Positions 50,872 to 60,734 of a stretch of DNA of 64,000 nt are shown here, one piece after another. How positions within the stretch are numbered: position 1 is the stretch's first letter; the number at the start of each line of letters is the position of its first letter. A program made the translations under genes and the position numbers. Under the pieces are notes generated by a model that saw only the letters and a list, made by a program, of their open reading frames with translations, did not search any database and had not been told where the DNA came from. The stretch spans positions 736,001 to 800,000 of the forward strand of contig CAXXLL010000002.1 in NCBI GenBank assembly GCA_963662545.2, read 5' to 3'. Origin of the DNA: Gammaproteobacteria bacterium. Its GTDB lineage: Bacteria > Pseudomonadota > Gammaproteobacteria > Ga0077536.

Positions 50872-50992
50872 GGTATTGTCACGTTAATCAACGATTAGGC
50901 AAAGTGGTGGGAGAAAAACATCTAAAGGCCACTGTCTCCGGCACTGTTTTCCACCCTAAATCATCCAATACACTTTTTGGCTCTATCAACCT
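50872..50992 (+). mobile_element. IS6-family left end remnant, copy 3 (more decayed)
   Basis: ggtattgtcacgttaatcaacgattaggcaaag, homologous to 43703 and 48826. Confidence 0.7.
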
Positions 50993-51459
50993 TACTTCGC
51001 CGCACGCCCCACTTTGATGCCGCGCGTTTCATACACCTCACGCGCCGCGCTGATGCCGTTAAGGCTCGCCGGGAATCCCGCGTAGACCGCCATCTGCATG
51101 ATGACTTCGAGGATTTCTTGGGGGGTGCATCCGGCATTCAGCGCACCTTTAATATGCGCTTTAAGTTGTGTTTGGGCGTTGCCGAGCGCAGTCAGCGCAG
51201 CGACGGTCGCCAGTTCGCGCGACCTCAAATCGAGTTGCGGTCGCGATACCACGTCGCCGTAGGCGAAATCCGCGATCCATTCCGCCATTTCGGGGGCGAT
51301 ATCCGTAAGTTTCCCGAGTGCAGCCTCGCTGTTGCCGCCGAGGATGATATCGAGCGTCGCGATGCCGCGAGCATGGCGCTCCTCGCTAGCGGTATCGGCT
51401 GGCACTGCGGTACTGACCGCGAGCGTAAGCGCGACAAGACCGACGAAAGTCCTGACCAT
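50992..51459 (-). CDS. Carboxymuconolactone decarboxylase-family protein with signal peptide
   Basis: FAYGDV.SRP.LD.RSRE, H.KGALN.G, YAGFPA. Confidence 0.85.
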   Translation of the reverse strand: MVRTFVGLVALTLAVSTAVPADTASEERHARGIATLDIILGGNSEAALGKLTDIAPEMAEWIADFAYGDVVSRPQLDLRSRELATVAALTALGNAQTQLKAHIKGALNAGCTPQEILEVIMQMAVYAGFPASLNGISAAREVYETRGIKVGRAAK

Positions 51460-51809
51460 GGTAATTCTCCTATTTCTGGACGACCGGAATTGGGTGGCAA
51501 ATTGTATAGCGAGGTCTGAGTCAAGGAGTGCGGAATCATCTTTCATCGATGAAGGACACACAGGAAGGTCGACCAGTCCAACGATCTGGGCGGGTGAGGG
51601 TCGTCGAGTTTGCGCGTGTCGGCCACCTCCACCATGAAGTTTTTTGAGCGGCCGCCCCAAAAGATAGGGTCGTTAACTAGGATGCCGGGCTTATTTCAAC
51701 TATTCGACGTATGGAGAATTCTGACCTGACGCCTTCTTGTTAGCGGCTGCGTCGTTCCCCGCCGTTTCCTCTATCGAGCGCGCTGAGTGTCCGATCTCAG
51801 CCGTAATAC

Positions 51810-52508
51810 TCACCCAGGTGTTACAAATTGGTGTTTACCAGCTGATTGATCGCCTTCGGCTGAATGCGCGCCCTCCAGCCGATAGGCATCTTCATCATCA
51901 TCCTCTTCTTCGAGTTCCCAGCTGTACTTCTTTTCCGGTGGTGCGGGATCAAGCTTGCGCAATGCGATCGCGCCGATAATACCGATGGCGGCACCGAAAA
52001 AGTGATATTCGAACGAGATTCCGGGTCGCCCGGGAAATATCCCCCAAATCATGCTGCCGTATAGAAAAAACACGATCATCGATAAGGCACTTGCACGACG
52101 ATCCCGCCGCAAGACGCCAATAGTAAAAACGAAAAACATCAATCCGAAAGTCAGCCCGCTCGCGCCGATGTGATAGGTCTCCCGTGCGTACAGCCAGACA
52201 CCAAGACCGCTGCCCACATAGATGGCCGGAATAATCAAGCGCGCGGCCCGCGGATAGCCGTACAGCGTACTGGCTCCCAGTATCAACAAGGCTGCTGTGT
52301 TGGTCATCAAATGCTCGAACGAACCATGGATAAGCGGTGCGAAAATAATTCCACGCAGTCCCTGGGGAGCCCGCGGATAAATACCGAAAGTTTTCAGTTC
52401 GATCCCCGTCCACCACTCCAACAATTTGATGAGCCATAACAACGCGATAAAACCCGTCGTCACGAACAGGGCCCGTTTGAACCGGACAGTGTCGGGATGG
52501 TTTTCCAT
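51810..52508 (-). CDS. Rhomboid-family intramembrane protease
   Basis: H...EHL..N, GASG, H..GA..G. Confidence 0.9.
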   Translation of the reverse strand: MENHPDTVRFKRALFVTTGFIALLWLIKLLEWWTGIELKTFGIYPRAPQGLRGIIFAPLIHGSFEHLMTNTAALLILGASTLYGYPRAARLIIPAIYVGSGLGVWLYARETYHIGASGLTFGLMFFVFTIGVLRRDRRASALSMIVFFLYGSMIWGIFPGRPGISFEYHFFGAAIGIIGAIALRKLDPAPPEKKYSWELEEEDDDEDAYRLEGAHSAEGDQSAGKHQFVTPG

Positions 52509-52566
52509 GGTGAATCTCTCGTCTTCCGCTCGTTAACGCTGTGACCGCTAGGGGCACCGCGGTGAA

Positions 52567-53715
52567 TCAAGCGACGACATGAACCGAATATCTGCGGTCG
52601 CGCCGAAACGCATTGAGCTTGTCTTCGTCGATAGCCGCGGCCATACCGACTCCGTCGCTCAGCCAGAGCTCAAAATCGCGATATTCGGCTGGTTGCTGGC
52701 AAATGTCTTCGGCGAGCAAGAGCGGGCCCGCGAGTTCGCCGCCGAAAGGCAGATCGCGAAATGTTGCGCACAGTTGCATGTTCGCCGCCGTTCCGTAGGA
52801 CGATTCCAGAAATGTACCCATGTATAACGAAGTACCGGACGCCGAGGCGACATCGGCTATGGCGCGTGTCGCGCGTATACCCCCGCTTTTCATGATCTTC
52901 AGTGATACCGTTCCGCCGGCACGGCAGGCAGCGATCCGGAACATGTCCTGCATGGTACACAGGCCCTCGTCGAGCATGATTTCCGTTCTAAAACGCTGCG
53001 CGAGTCGTGATGCGCCGTCGTAATCCCAGCGCGACAGCGGTTGCTCGATAAGTTCGATGCCGGCGTCCTGCAGTCGCGCAATCGCCCGCATCGCAGTCGA
53101 TTCGTCCCACATTGCGTTCGGATCGACCCGCACACTCGCGCGGCCTTCGAGAGCAAGCGCGACCTTACAGGCTCGTGAGACATCCTCCTCGACCGGCAAG
53201 GCGCCCATCTTCAACTTGAACATCCGGTGCAGGCGTTGATCGAGCTTTTCCTCGGCCTCGGCGATCTCGAGGTCCGGGTCGCCCGTGGCCAATGGCCATG
53301 ACATCGGTAATGACTCGCGTACCTTGCCGCCCAGCAAGTTGTACACCGGCTGCTGGAGGACCTTGCCGATCAGATCGAGTAAGGCCATTTCGATCGCGGC
53401 CTTGGCGAAATGATTTCCGTAAACCACGCGATGCATGCAGTGCATCAGCTCATCGAGTCCGAACGCATCCTGGCCGACCAGTAATGGCGCCAGGTAGGTG
53501 TCGATTTGCACCTTGATCGATTCGACGCTCTCGCCACCCCACCACGGCCCGCACGGTGGCGTCGCTTCGCCAATTCCAACCGCGCCGTCGGAGCTCCGAA
53601 TCAATATGATAACGATGCTCTGCTTGCTAGTACCGAGCACCGAGAAACGCTGCTCGCGGCGCAGTGGCAGATCGATAATGACGGTATCGACGGCCTCGAT
53701 GCGGATCTCGTTCAT
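52567..53715 (-). CDS. clcB: (Chloro)muconate cycloisomerase
   Basis: Enolase superfamily KLK, RVDPN, EQP, DE; DLPLRR.Q.F..LG and CGPWW resemble TfdD-II type. Confidence 0.8.
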   Translation of the reverse strand: MNEIRIEAVDTVIIDLPLRREQRFSVLGTSKQSIVIILIRSSDGAVGIGEATPPCGPWWGGESVESIKVQIDTYLAPLLVGQDAFGLDELMHCMHRVVYGNHFAKAAIEMALLDLIGKVLQQPVYNLLGGKVRESLPMSWPLATGDPDLEIAEAEEKLDQRLHRMFKLKMGALPVEEDVSRACKVALALEGRASVRVDPNAMWDESTAMRAIARLQDAGIELIEQPLSRWDYDGASRLAQRFRTEIMLDEGLCTMQDMFRIAACRAGGTVSLKIMKSGGIRATRAIADVASASGTSLYMGTFLESSYGTAANMQLCATFRDLPFGGELAGPLLLAEDICQQPAEYRDFELWLSDGVGMAAAIDEDKLNAFRRDRRYSVHVVA

Positions 53716-53860
53716 AGTTTCATGGCCTGGTTGTTGGATATGGGTGGCACCGGCCACGCCGACGCCTGCGGCGGCTAACTGGTCGGGTGCAGGGGCTGAT
53801 TTCGAGGTCAACATAATCCCGCGCCACGATTCTGTAAAATACCATCGAATGCCGTAGGCG

Positions 53861-53875
53861 ATACCTTTTCGGTAT
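53861..53875. promoter_or_regulatory. CatR/ClcR-type LysR box
   Basis: ATAC-N7-GTAT between the divergent cycloisomerase and LysR genes. Confidence 0.7.
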
Positions 53876-53940
53876 CATTCTTAATCGTCCCTTTAGAGCC
53901 TAAGGCGGCGCGCGGCGCAAGCGGGATGCCCTGCATCGAA

Positions 53941-55012
53941 ATGGAACTACGCCAATTACGTTATTTCGTGGCAGCTGCGTTATTTCGAGCTGCCGCCGGT
54001 AACATCGGTGCTGCGGCGCGTAAGCTCCACGTCTCGCAACCGCCCGTCACGCGGCAGATCCAGAAGCTCGAAGCCGAGATCGGTTGCGCGCTGCTGCTCC
54101 GCACGCCCAAGGGCGTCGAGCTTACCGCGGCCGGTAAGACTTTCCTCGGCGAGGCGCGGAGTATCCTCGCTCATACTGACCGCGCTGTTTCTCGCAGCCG
54201 CTTAGCGCACGACGGCGCGATTGGTGAACTCGACATCGCGTTCACGGGCTCGCCCATTTACATCACCATACCGAAGATTTTGCGTAACTTTCGGGCGCGC
54301 GCGCCGCGCGTCTCAATCGCCTTGCACAGGTTAGGGAATCTCTGAATAAGTCATGGTGCTTCTGAATTGTTCTTGAAATTGTGCAGATCAAGGCACGAAT
54401 CGCAGGCAATAGCGGGGACTATTGGCAAGGTTCGTAACGTAAGGCTCCGCGATTTCATGGGCAAGGCAGATGTGCCATGACTTATTCAGAGGTTCCTTAG
54501 GCAAGCAGGAACAGATCGATGCCTTGCGAGACGGCCGACTGCACGTGGGATTCGGACGCTTCTACCCAGACGAACCAGGCCTCGTCACGCAAGTCGTCGA
54601 ACTCGATGCCCCGGCGCTGGCTGTTGCCGCTAACGCGCCGTTCGTCGGCGAATCCATCCGCCTGCGCGAGCTGACAAACGAACCGCTTATCCTGTTCCCC
54701 GCTGCCGGGCGACCGAACTTCGCGGATTTGGTAGTGGCCTTATTCAAAAAGGCCAAGATCACGCCGCATGTCACACAGATCGCCGAAGATCTGGCTGCGG
54801 CGCTCGCCTTGACTGCGGCGGACATGGGCCGTTGCGTAGTACCTGCGTCCGTCGCCGAACTGGACTGGCCGGGGATCCGGTTTTTACGGATTGAGCAGGC
54901 AAAACCGACGATACCCGTTCATTGCATCTACCGCGCCCACGCACCTTCTCCCCTATTGAGCGCTTTCCTTGACGCGCTGACGGATTATCAGCAGAAGCGG
55001 GATCGCCGATAG
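53941..55012 (+). pseudogene. clcR: ClcR/CatR-type LysR regulator interrupted by a MITE
   Basis: MELRQLRYF...HVSQPP.TRQIQ; halves rejoin in frame (LHRL-GKQEQID) after removing 54335-54500. Confidence 0.88.
54335..54496. mobile_element. 162-bp MITE, copy 2
   Basis: ggaatctctgaataagtcatgg...ccatgacttattcagaggttcc; TTAG duplication. Confidence 0.92.
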
Positions 55013-55023
55013 CTTTTCGGTAT
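55009..55023. promoter_or_regulatory. Second LysR box upstream of the dioxygenase
   Basis: ATAG-CTTTTCG-GTAT, one mismatch from the box at 53861. Confidence 0.55.
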
Positions 55024-55131
55024 CGTACCTACGGTCAAAAGGTATTAGATCGTATGATGAAATTCGGCTAGCGTAGCGTCTCTGGGTCCGGCTTCGTGCC
55101 GGTCCTAGAAAGCGGGAATAAGGAGGCTGCC

Positions 55132-55884
55132 ATGATGCCAAATAAGCGTGTGGACAAAATTGCCAGCGATATCGTCGATGCCGTGCGCAGTGTGCTCGAG
55201 AAGCACGAGGTCACTTTCGACGAATACCGCGCCGGGTTTCGTCACTTGATCGAAACCCAGCAGGCCGGCGAGTTCCCACTCCTGATCGACGCGTTTTTCA
55301 ACACCACGATCTGCAAGATAGAGAACGCCCGCCGCAAAGGGTCCACCGGAACACTTGAAGGGCCTTACTTTCTTGAAGACGCGCCATTGGTCACTGGCGA
55401 GATCAAATCCTTCGAAGATGACGATGGCACGCCCATGATTTTGCGCGGCAAGGTCACCGACCTCGGGGGTGAACCGATTGCACACGCGACGATTGATATT
55501 TGGCATTCGACGCCGGACGGGCGTTACAGCGGTTTCCACGACAATATTCCAAATGAGTATTACCGTGGCAAAGTGCGCTCCGGTACTGACGGCGGCTACG
55601 AGGTGCGCAGTACGGTTCCGGTGCCCTACCGCATCCCCGACCAGGGTCCTGTCGGAGCGCTCTTGATCGCGATGGGGCGCCACTCGTGGCGTCCGGCCCA
55701 CGTGCATTACAAGATCCGCAAAGAAGGCTTCGAAACGCTGACTACTCAAAGCTACTTCGAAGGCGACGAATGGGTCTCGAGCGATTGCTGCGAAGGCGTC
55801 TATTCAGACCTCATTCTCGCAGAGAAGATTGAAGACGGCGCGCGCGTCATGAGTGTCGATTTCGTGCTCGATGCCGCGACCTGA
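55132..55884 (+). CDS. clcA: Chlorocatechol 1,2-dioxygenase-type intradiol dioxygenase
   Basis: EGPYF, WHSTPDG.YSG.HDNIP, WRPAHVH, DCC.GV; about 250 aa like ClcA/TfdC. Confidence 0.85.
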   Translation: MMPNKRVDKIASDIVDAVRSVLEKHEVTFDEYRAGFRHLIETQQAGEFPLLIDAFFNTTICKIENARRKGSTGTLEGPYFLEDAPLVTGEIKSFEDDDGTPMILRGKVTDLGGEPIAHATIDIWHSTPDGRYSGFHDNIPNEYYRGKVRSGTDGGYEVRSTVPVPYRIPDQGPVGALLIAMGRHSWRPAHVHYKIRKEGFETLTTQSYFEGDEWVSSDCCEGVYSDLILAEKIEDGARVMSVDFVLDAAT

Positions 55885-55901
55885 GCCGGCCGTACGCAGA
55901 C

Positions 55902-56606
55902 ATGTGTCACGGCGAAAAATCACCGGCTTTTCCGGATCCTGGTGCCGCCTCACCCTATTCTAAAGATATCCAGGCGATGGTTTTCGGGTCACCGGACGCC
56001 GCCCGTCAGATCGCGATCCTGCCCGACATTTTCGGCTGTAACCCGTTCTACCAGGGTTTCGCTACCTACCTCGCGGCGCGCGGCGCGCGGGTTTATCTCA
56101 TCGACACTTTCGCCGGCCTGGGCGATCTCCCTAAAGCGACCCGGGAGGCCGCTTTCGAGCGTCGGCACACGCTTAGGGATCGCGATTTTGTAGACGCGTT
56201 CGAGGACTTTATTCTCGCCGAAAAGCTCGATGGCGTCATTGGTTTTTGCCTCGGCGGCCTGTACGTATTCGAGCTTGCACGCCGCAATATTGCCAGCGCG
56301 CTGGTGGCGTTCTCCCCATTTCCGCAGGGACTCGAAAATCAGGACGCGCTCGACGTGCCGTTCGACTACCTGCCGAATGTTGATACACCGCATACGGTGT
56401 TGATCGGCGATGCCGACGGTTCCGTCGGTCCGGAGGACATCGCGCGCTTGCGTAACATTGCCGCCGATAATTCGGCTGTCGATCTACACGTGTACGAGAC
56501 TTCCGGCCACGGTTTTCTCGCCGACCTCGCGGCCGACGATGGTCTCAAATGCAGTAACGCCAAACAGGCTCTCGCCCGCTGCGAAGCGGTCCTGGGGCTT
56601 GCCTAA
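55902..56606 (+). CDS. Dienelactone hydrolase family protein
   Basis: PDIFG, GFCLGG nucleophile, GHGF. Confidence 0.85.
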   Translation: MCHGEKSPAFPDPGAASPYSKDIQAMVFGSPDAARQIAILPDIFGCNPFYQGFATYLAARGARVYLIDTFAGLGDLPKATREAAFERRHTLRDRDFVDAFEDFILAEKLDGVIGFCLGGLYVFELARRNIASALVAFSPFPQGLENQDALDVPFDYLPNVDTPHTVLIGDADGSVGPEDIARLRNIAADNSAVDLHVYETSGHGFLADLAADDGLKCSNAKQALARCEAVLGLA

Positions 56607-56768
56607 GGAACCTCTGAATAAGTCATGGCACATCTGCCTTGCCCCTGAAATCGCGTAGCTCCGCGTTACGAAGCTTGCCAATAGTCCCCGCTATGGCCTG
56701 CGCTTCGTGCCTTGATCTACGCAATTTCATGAACAATTCAGAAGCACCATGACTTATTCAGAGGTTCC
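56607..56768. mobile_element. 162-bp MITE, copy 3 (inverted relative to copy 2)
   Basis: ggaacctctgaataagtcatgg...cttattcagaggttcc; CTAA duplication includes the upstream stop codon. Confidence 0.92.
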
Positions 56769-56886
56769 CTAAGCGTGGGCGCCACTATTGGTCAGTGTGA
56801 CGATGCTTCGACGCCTTCTAAGGCTGGAAGCTCGAGGCTAAGCGGATTTCGACATTCCTTTTGCGTTTTGATTAGGGAGACTTTGC

Positions 56887-57471
56887 ATGTTTAGAACGAA
56901 TTTCAATAAGCTCAATACGATCGCGATGAGTTTCGTCCTCGCACTTTCAATTTCCGCCAGCGCGTTCGCTGCGGACTTCAAGGTTGATAGCAGCCACGCC
57001 TTCATCCAGTTCGAGATATCACACCTCGGCTTCAGTACCTTGGCTGGACGCTTCAACGATTTCGAAGGGAACTTCAGCTGGGACGAGTCAAACCCCGCAA
57101 GCGCTGCCATCGAAGTAACGGTAAAAACCGCCAGCATTGACAGCAATTGGGCTGAACGCGACAAGCACCTTCGCGGGGGGGATTTTCTCGATGTCGAAAA
57201 ATTTCCAACCGCGGGATTTAAAGGTACCAAATTCACGGGCGATGCCTCCGGCGGCAAAATGGACGGAACCTTGAGTCTGCACGGCGTCACCAAGCCGATC
57301 ACGCTCGACGTCAAATTCATCGGCGCAGGCGATGATCCCTGGGGTGGTTATCGCGCAGGTTTTTCCGCCACCACGGCCTTGAACCGTGGCGATTTCGGTA
57401 TTTCCTACGAGCTCGGACCGGCCGCGGAATCGATGAAGTTCGAACTGTTCGTCGAGGGGATACGACAGTAA
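56887..57471 (+). CDS. yceI: YceI-family periplasmic protein
   Basis: Signal peptide; HLGFS...GRF, RDKHLR..DFL, DPWGG.RAGF. Confidence 0.92.
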   Translation: MFRTNFNKLNTIAMSFVLALSISASAFAADFKVDSSHAFIQFEISHLGFSTLAGRFNDFEGNFSWDESNPASAAIEVTVKTASIDSNWAERDKHLRGGDFLDVEKFPTAGFKGTKFTGDASGGKMDGTLSLHGVTKPITLDVKFIGAGDDPWGGYRAGFSATTALNRGDFGISYELGPAAESMKFELFVEGIRQ

Positions 57472-57628
57472 TCACGACGAAGGATCGCATCGGGAAACGC
57501 TGCCTGCCTTTCCCGGTGCGCCGTGCGAAACGAAGAATTGCCCGCAAGCGGGCTCCTACGGGTGCTTGCCAGCAAGCGAACCGTGCGTGAAAACGACGTA
57601 CAGGTTTAGTGCATAGTTGCGGGGCAAC

Positions 57629-58018
57629 TCAGACGGCTCTTCGTCCGGTGTGTGAAGAGGTTACGGTTATCTCGCACCCACTGGGATCGACGATGGTGAA
57701 CCAGTTGTGAATGTTGCCTTCTTCGATTGCGGAGGGTTCCATCCCTGCATCGCCATAGTGCTTCCGGGCGACTTCTACATCGTCAACCATTAGATCGAAG
57801 GGCGCTTTGCTGCCTGGTGCAATGCTCTCGTCGGCAGGTTTCACAATCAGGTGGGTGCCGCCCCGCAACTCCAATACCGCGAAATTCTCGGACGCAAAGA
57901 TAGAGCGAAGCCCCAGTTTGATCAGAAAATCGGTTGACTCTCCAACCTTATTGGTGTGGAAGCTCACGTGCCCGATTGCAACTGGGGGACGGTCGTCTTC
58001 TGACTCGGTATTGCGCAT
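57629..58018 (-). CDS. VOC/glyoxalase-family protein
   Basis: IGHV, ELRGGTHL, FDLMVDD, DPSG. Confidence 0.8.
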   Translation of the reverse strand: MRNTESEDDRPPVAIGHVSFHTNKVGESTDFLIKLGLRSIFASENFAVLELRGGTHLIVKPADESIAPGSKAPFDLMVDDVEVARKHYGDAGMEPSAIEEGNIHNWFTIVDPSGCEITVTSSHTGRRAV

Positions 58019-58140
58019 GGAAAGGCTCCGGGATGGGGAGAAGGGTTCTGCTATTTCAGCGTGATCTGCCGATTCAATTCTTGTGGGCGAGTCTAGTTGC
58101 GGGTGAATAGACGGGCAAGTTTAAGGGGGAACGACAATCA

Positions 58141-58656
58141 TCAATTCCGCGAGACGATAACCCAATATTGAACTTTGGGACCTTTGTTATCAGCGGGCGG
58201 AGGCAGATCGTATTTTTCCACATAGGCCAGTTTAACGGCCGCAAGCGTTTCTTCATCGGAAAAGTCCGCCGCGGCGACGTCATATAACTTGTCGGCGATC
58301 TTGAGGCGAACGTCGTGATTTTTGTAGAGCCAACCCGGCCAGTTCTTGGTTTCCGGATCCCGTGCGGCTATGTAAAGATTGCCGTCAACATGCGCACACC
58401 AGATCGTCACCGAGTGCGGAATGAAGTATGGCGTTGAAACCTCCACATACACTTCCTGAAAGTCATCGGTAAAAGCCCAATCTTGCGGTAAGGGTTCAAC
58501 GACATCGCCGCGCAGCCATTGACCCGGTGTCGGGCCGTTGGGCTCACAAGCGGCAACCACAATCGCCGTTATCAAGATTGCGAAACATCTCGCAAAGTAC
58601 CTAAACCTGTTCGAATCCGTCCACCGAAAAATATTTCTTTTCCGATCTTGCGTCAT
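58141..58656 (-). CDS. Putative lipoprotein with split-barrel-like domain
   Basis: VVAAC lipobox-like motif; PHSVTIW...LYI. Confidence 0.65.
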   Translation of the reverse strand: MTQDRKRNIFRWTDSNRFRYFARCFAILITAIVVAACEPNGPTPGQWLRGDVVEPLPQDWAFTDDFQEVYVEVSTPYFIPHSVTIWCAHVDGNLYIAARDPETKNWPGWLYKNHDVRLKIADKLYDVAAADFSDEETLAAVKLAYVEKYDLPPPADNKGPKVQYWVIVSRN

Positions 58657-58706
58657 TTAAGATTTCCCCGCATTTCGAAAAAGGCGCCAAGGCCATTTTC
58701 TCTATA

Positions 58707-58762
58707 CTAGAACCTATCTCAAAATTATTCGCGTATGCGAATAATTTTGAGATAGGTTCTAG
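58707..58762. repeat. 56-bp palindrome bounded by CTAG
   Basis: CTAG-aacctatctcaaaattattcgc-gtat-gcgaataattttgagataggtt-CTAG. Confidence 0.8.
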
Positions 58763-58873
58763 ACTAATTGGATCACTCTGACTGCAAATATCCCGGCCTA
58801 AGGGCGTAACTGCTTTCTTGCAGTTACACTGGTATCTCGTTCGGGAAGAAGCCCACTGGGAGGTACAACACTT

Positions 58874-60148
58874 ATGGCGTTATTCAACACGAGCGAGATT
58901 GAAACGTCGTCCGCGCGCTACTTGCGTGGGAAGTACGCTATCTGTGGCATCGGAGAAACGACCTATCGACGCGGGTCTGACCAGACCACCCGCTCACTCG
59001 CGAGCTGGGCAGTGAGTAACGCAATTATCGATGCCGGTATGACCGCTGCCGACATCGACGGCATGTTGAGCTATTCGGGCAACGACTCGACATTTGCGCC
59101 GCACATTGCGACCGATCTGGGTATTCGCCTGAATTTTTATACCGATATCCATGGCGGTGGGTCGTCGACCGAGTGTCTGATCGGCATCGCGATGGGCGTT
59201 ATCGAAGCCGGCATGTGCAACACCGTCGCTATCTATCGTGCGATGAACGGCTACTCGCAGGTACGCATCGGCGGCACCGGCGCCCGCTCGGCGGCGCCGA
59301 TAATCGGCGATCAGATCCATTACCGGGCCTACGGCTGGCAGAGCGCCGGCCAGCTTTTCGCGCCGTGTTTCATGCGCCACATGTACGAATACGGCACGAC
59401 GCCCGAACAGGTCGCAGCGGTCAAAGTGGCGCACAGCAAGCATGCCTCGAACAATCCCAAGGCGTACTACAGAAAACGTTATACCGTGGACGACGTGGTC
59501 AATTCACGCGTCATCTGCAAACCTCTTCATTTACTCGACTGTTGTGTTGAAACTGACAACGCGACCTGCATTATCGTGTCGCGACTCGATCGAGCACGCG
59601 ATTGCCCCAGCCCTCCCGCGGTTATTCAGTCTGTCGCTGGCCGCGTGTGTAAACCGAAAGGCGATATCCATCTGCACTATCAGACGGGTCCCATCGCGAC
59701 GGCTGCCGGTCATTACGCCCGGAAAATACTGTGGCCGAACGCGGGCGTTGAACCCGAGGACATCGACGTCACGGGCTCTTACGATGCCTTTACCTTCACC
59801 GCCATGTTGCAATTGGAAGACTATGGATTTTGCGCTAAAGGGGAGGGTGGCGAGTATGTTTCGAATGGCACGATCGAGCTCGGTGGCAAGCGACCCAACA
59901 ACACTGCCGGCGGCCATCTCTGCGAGGGGTACACGCACGGTATGAGTATGGTGATCGAAAACGTGCGCCAGTTACGCGGCGATGCCGATGACTCCTGTTC
60001 AATCGGCGCGGACGGAGTCCGGCAGCACACCTATGATTATGCGGAGGGCCGGTGTCGCCAGGTTAAAAATGCCGAACTCACCGCGAACCTTGGTTGGGCC
60101 CACCCCGGCGCCGGCAGCGCCATGGTGATGGCCAAAGATCACAGATGA
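58874..60148 (+). CDS. Thiolase-like (SCP-x/Ltp2 type) protein
   Basis: AICGIGET, LLDCCVETD, YDAFT, NTAGGHLCEGY.HG. Confidence 0.88.
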   Translation: MALFNTSEIETSSARYLRGKYAICGIGETTYRRGSDQTTRSLASWAVSNAIIDAGMTAADIDGMLSYSGNDSTFAPHIATDLGIRLNFYTDIHGGGSSTECLIGIAMGVIEAGMCNTVAIYRAMNGYSQVRIGGTGARSAAPIIGDQIHYRAYGWQSAGQLFAPCFMRHMYEYGTTPEQVAAVKVAHSKHASNNPKAYYRKRYTVDDVVNSRVICKPLHLLDCCVETDNATCIIVSRLDRARDCPSPPAVIQSVAGRVCKPKGDIHLHYQTGPIATAAGHYARKILWPNAGVEPEDIDVTGSYDAFTFTAMLQLEDYGFCAKGEGGEYVSNGTIELGGKRPNNTAGGHLCEGYTHGMSMVIENVRQLRGDADDSCSIGADGVRQHTYDYAEGRCRQVKNAELTANLGWAHPGAGSAMVMAKDHR

Positions 60149-60681
60149 AAAAAACGTCGATGCCCGTTCAAGGCGAATACATGGGAATGATGCTGACCAT
60201 CGATGATCTCGACAGCGAAAATCGTGAATTTTTCAACTATTGCCGAGCGGGAGAATTTCGCCTCCAACGAGGTAAGAAAAGCGGCCTGTTGCGCTACCCG
60301 CCAACGACAGCCTGTCCGTGGACCAGCGACCGCGAATTCGAATGGGTAGCGGTCGAAGGAAAGGGTACGGTGCATTCCTACGGCGAAGTACACCATGCCA
60401 TTCAACCCGCGTTTAAGGCGAAGGTTCCCTACATGATCCTGCTGGTCGATCTGGACACGCAAAAAGGACAGCCTAGTGAACACGAGGCACTCAGGATCGG
60501 CGGCAATCTGGTGATGCCGGATGGCAGCTTTGCGCCACTTGAACAGATCCGCAGGGTCGGTATTGGCACGCGCGTACGCATGGTCCTGGTTGACATCGAA
60601 CGGGGTATGGCCCTGCCGCAGTGGACCATCGACGAAGACGCGGAACAGCCTGAAAATCCGTGGCGCTATCCGCAAGAATAA
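60145..60681 (+). CDS. DUF35 OB-fold partner of the thiolase
   Basis: ATGA overlap; RYPP...CP, GKGTVHSY, VPY...VDL. Confidence 0.85.
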   Translation: MKKTSMPVQGEYMGMMLTIDDLDSENREFFNYCRAGEFRLQRGKKSGLLRYPPTTACPWTSDREFEWVAVEGKGTVHSYGEVHHAIQPAFKAKVPYMILLVDLDTQKGQPSEHEALRIGGNLVMPDGSFAPLEQIRRVGIGTRVRMVLVDIERGMALPQWTIDEDAEQPENPWRYPQE

Positions 60682-60734
60682 GTGTGATAAGGAGTTGGAG
60701 ATTTAGGGGGCTTGCCCCACGAACGCCGCGAGGC

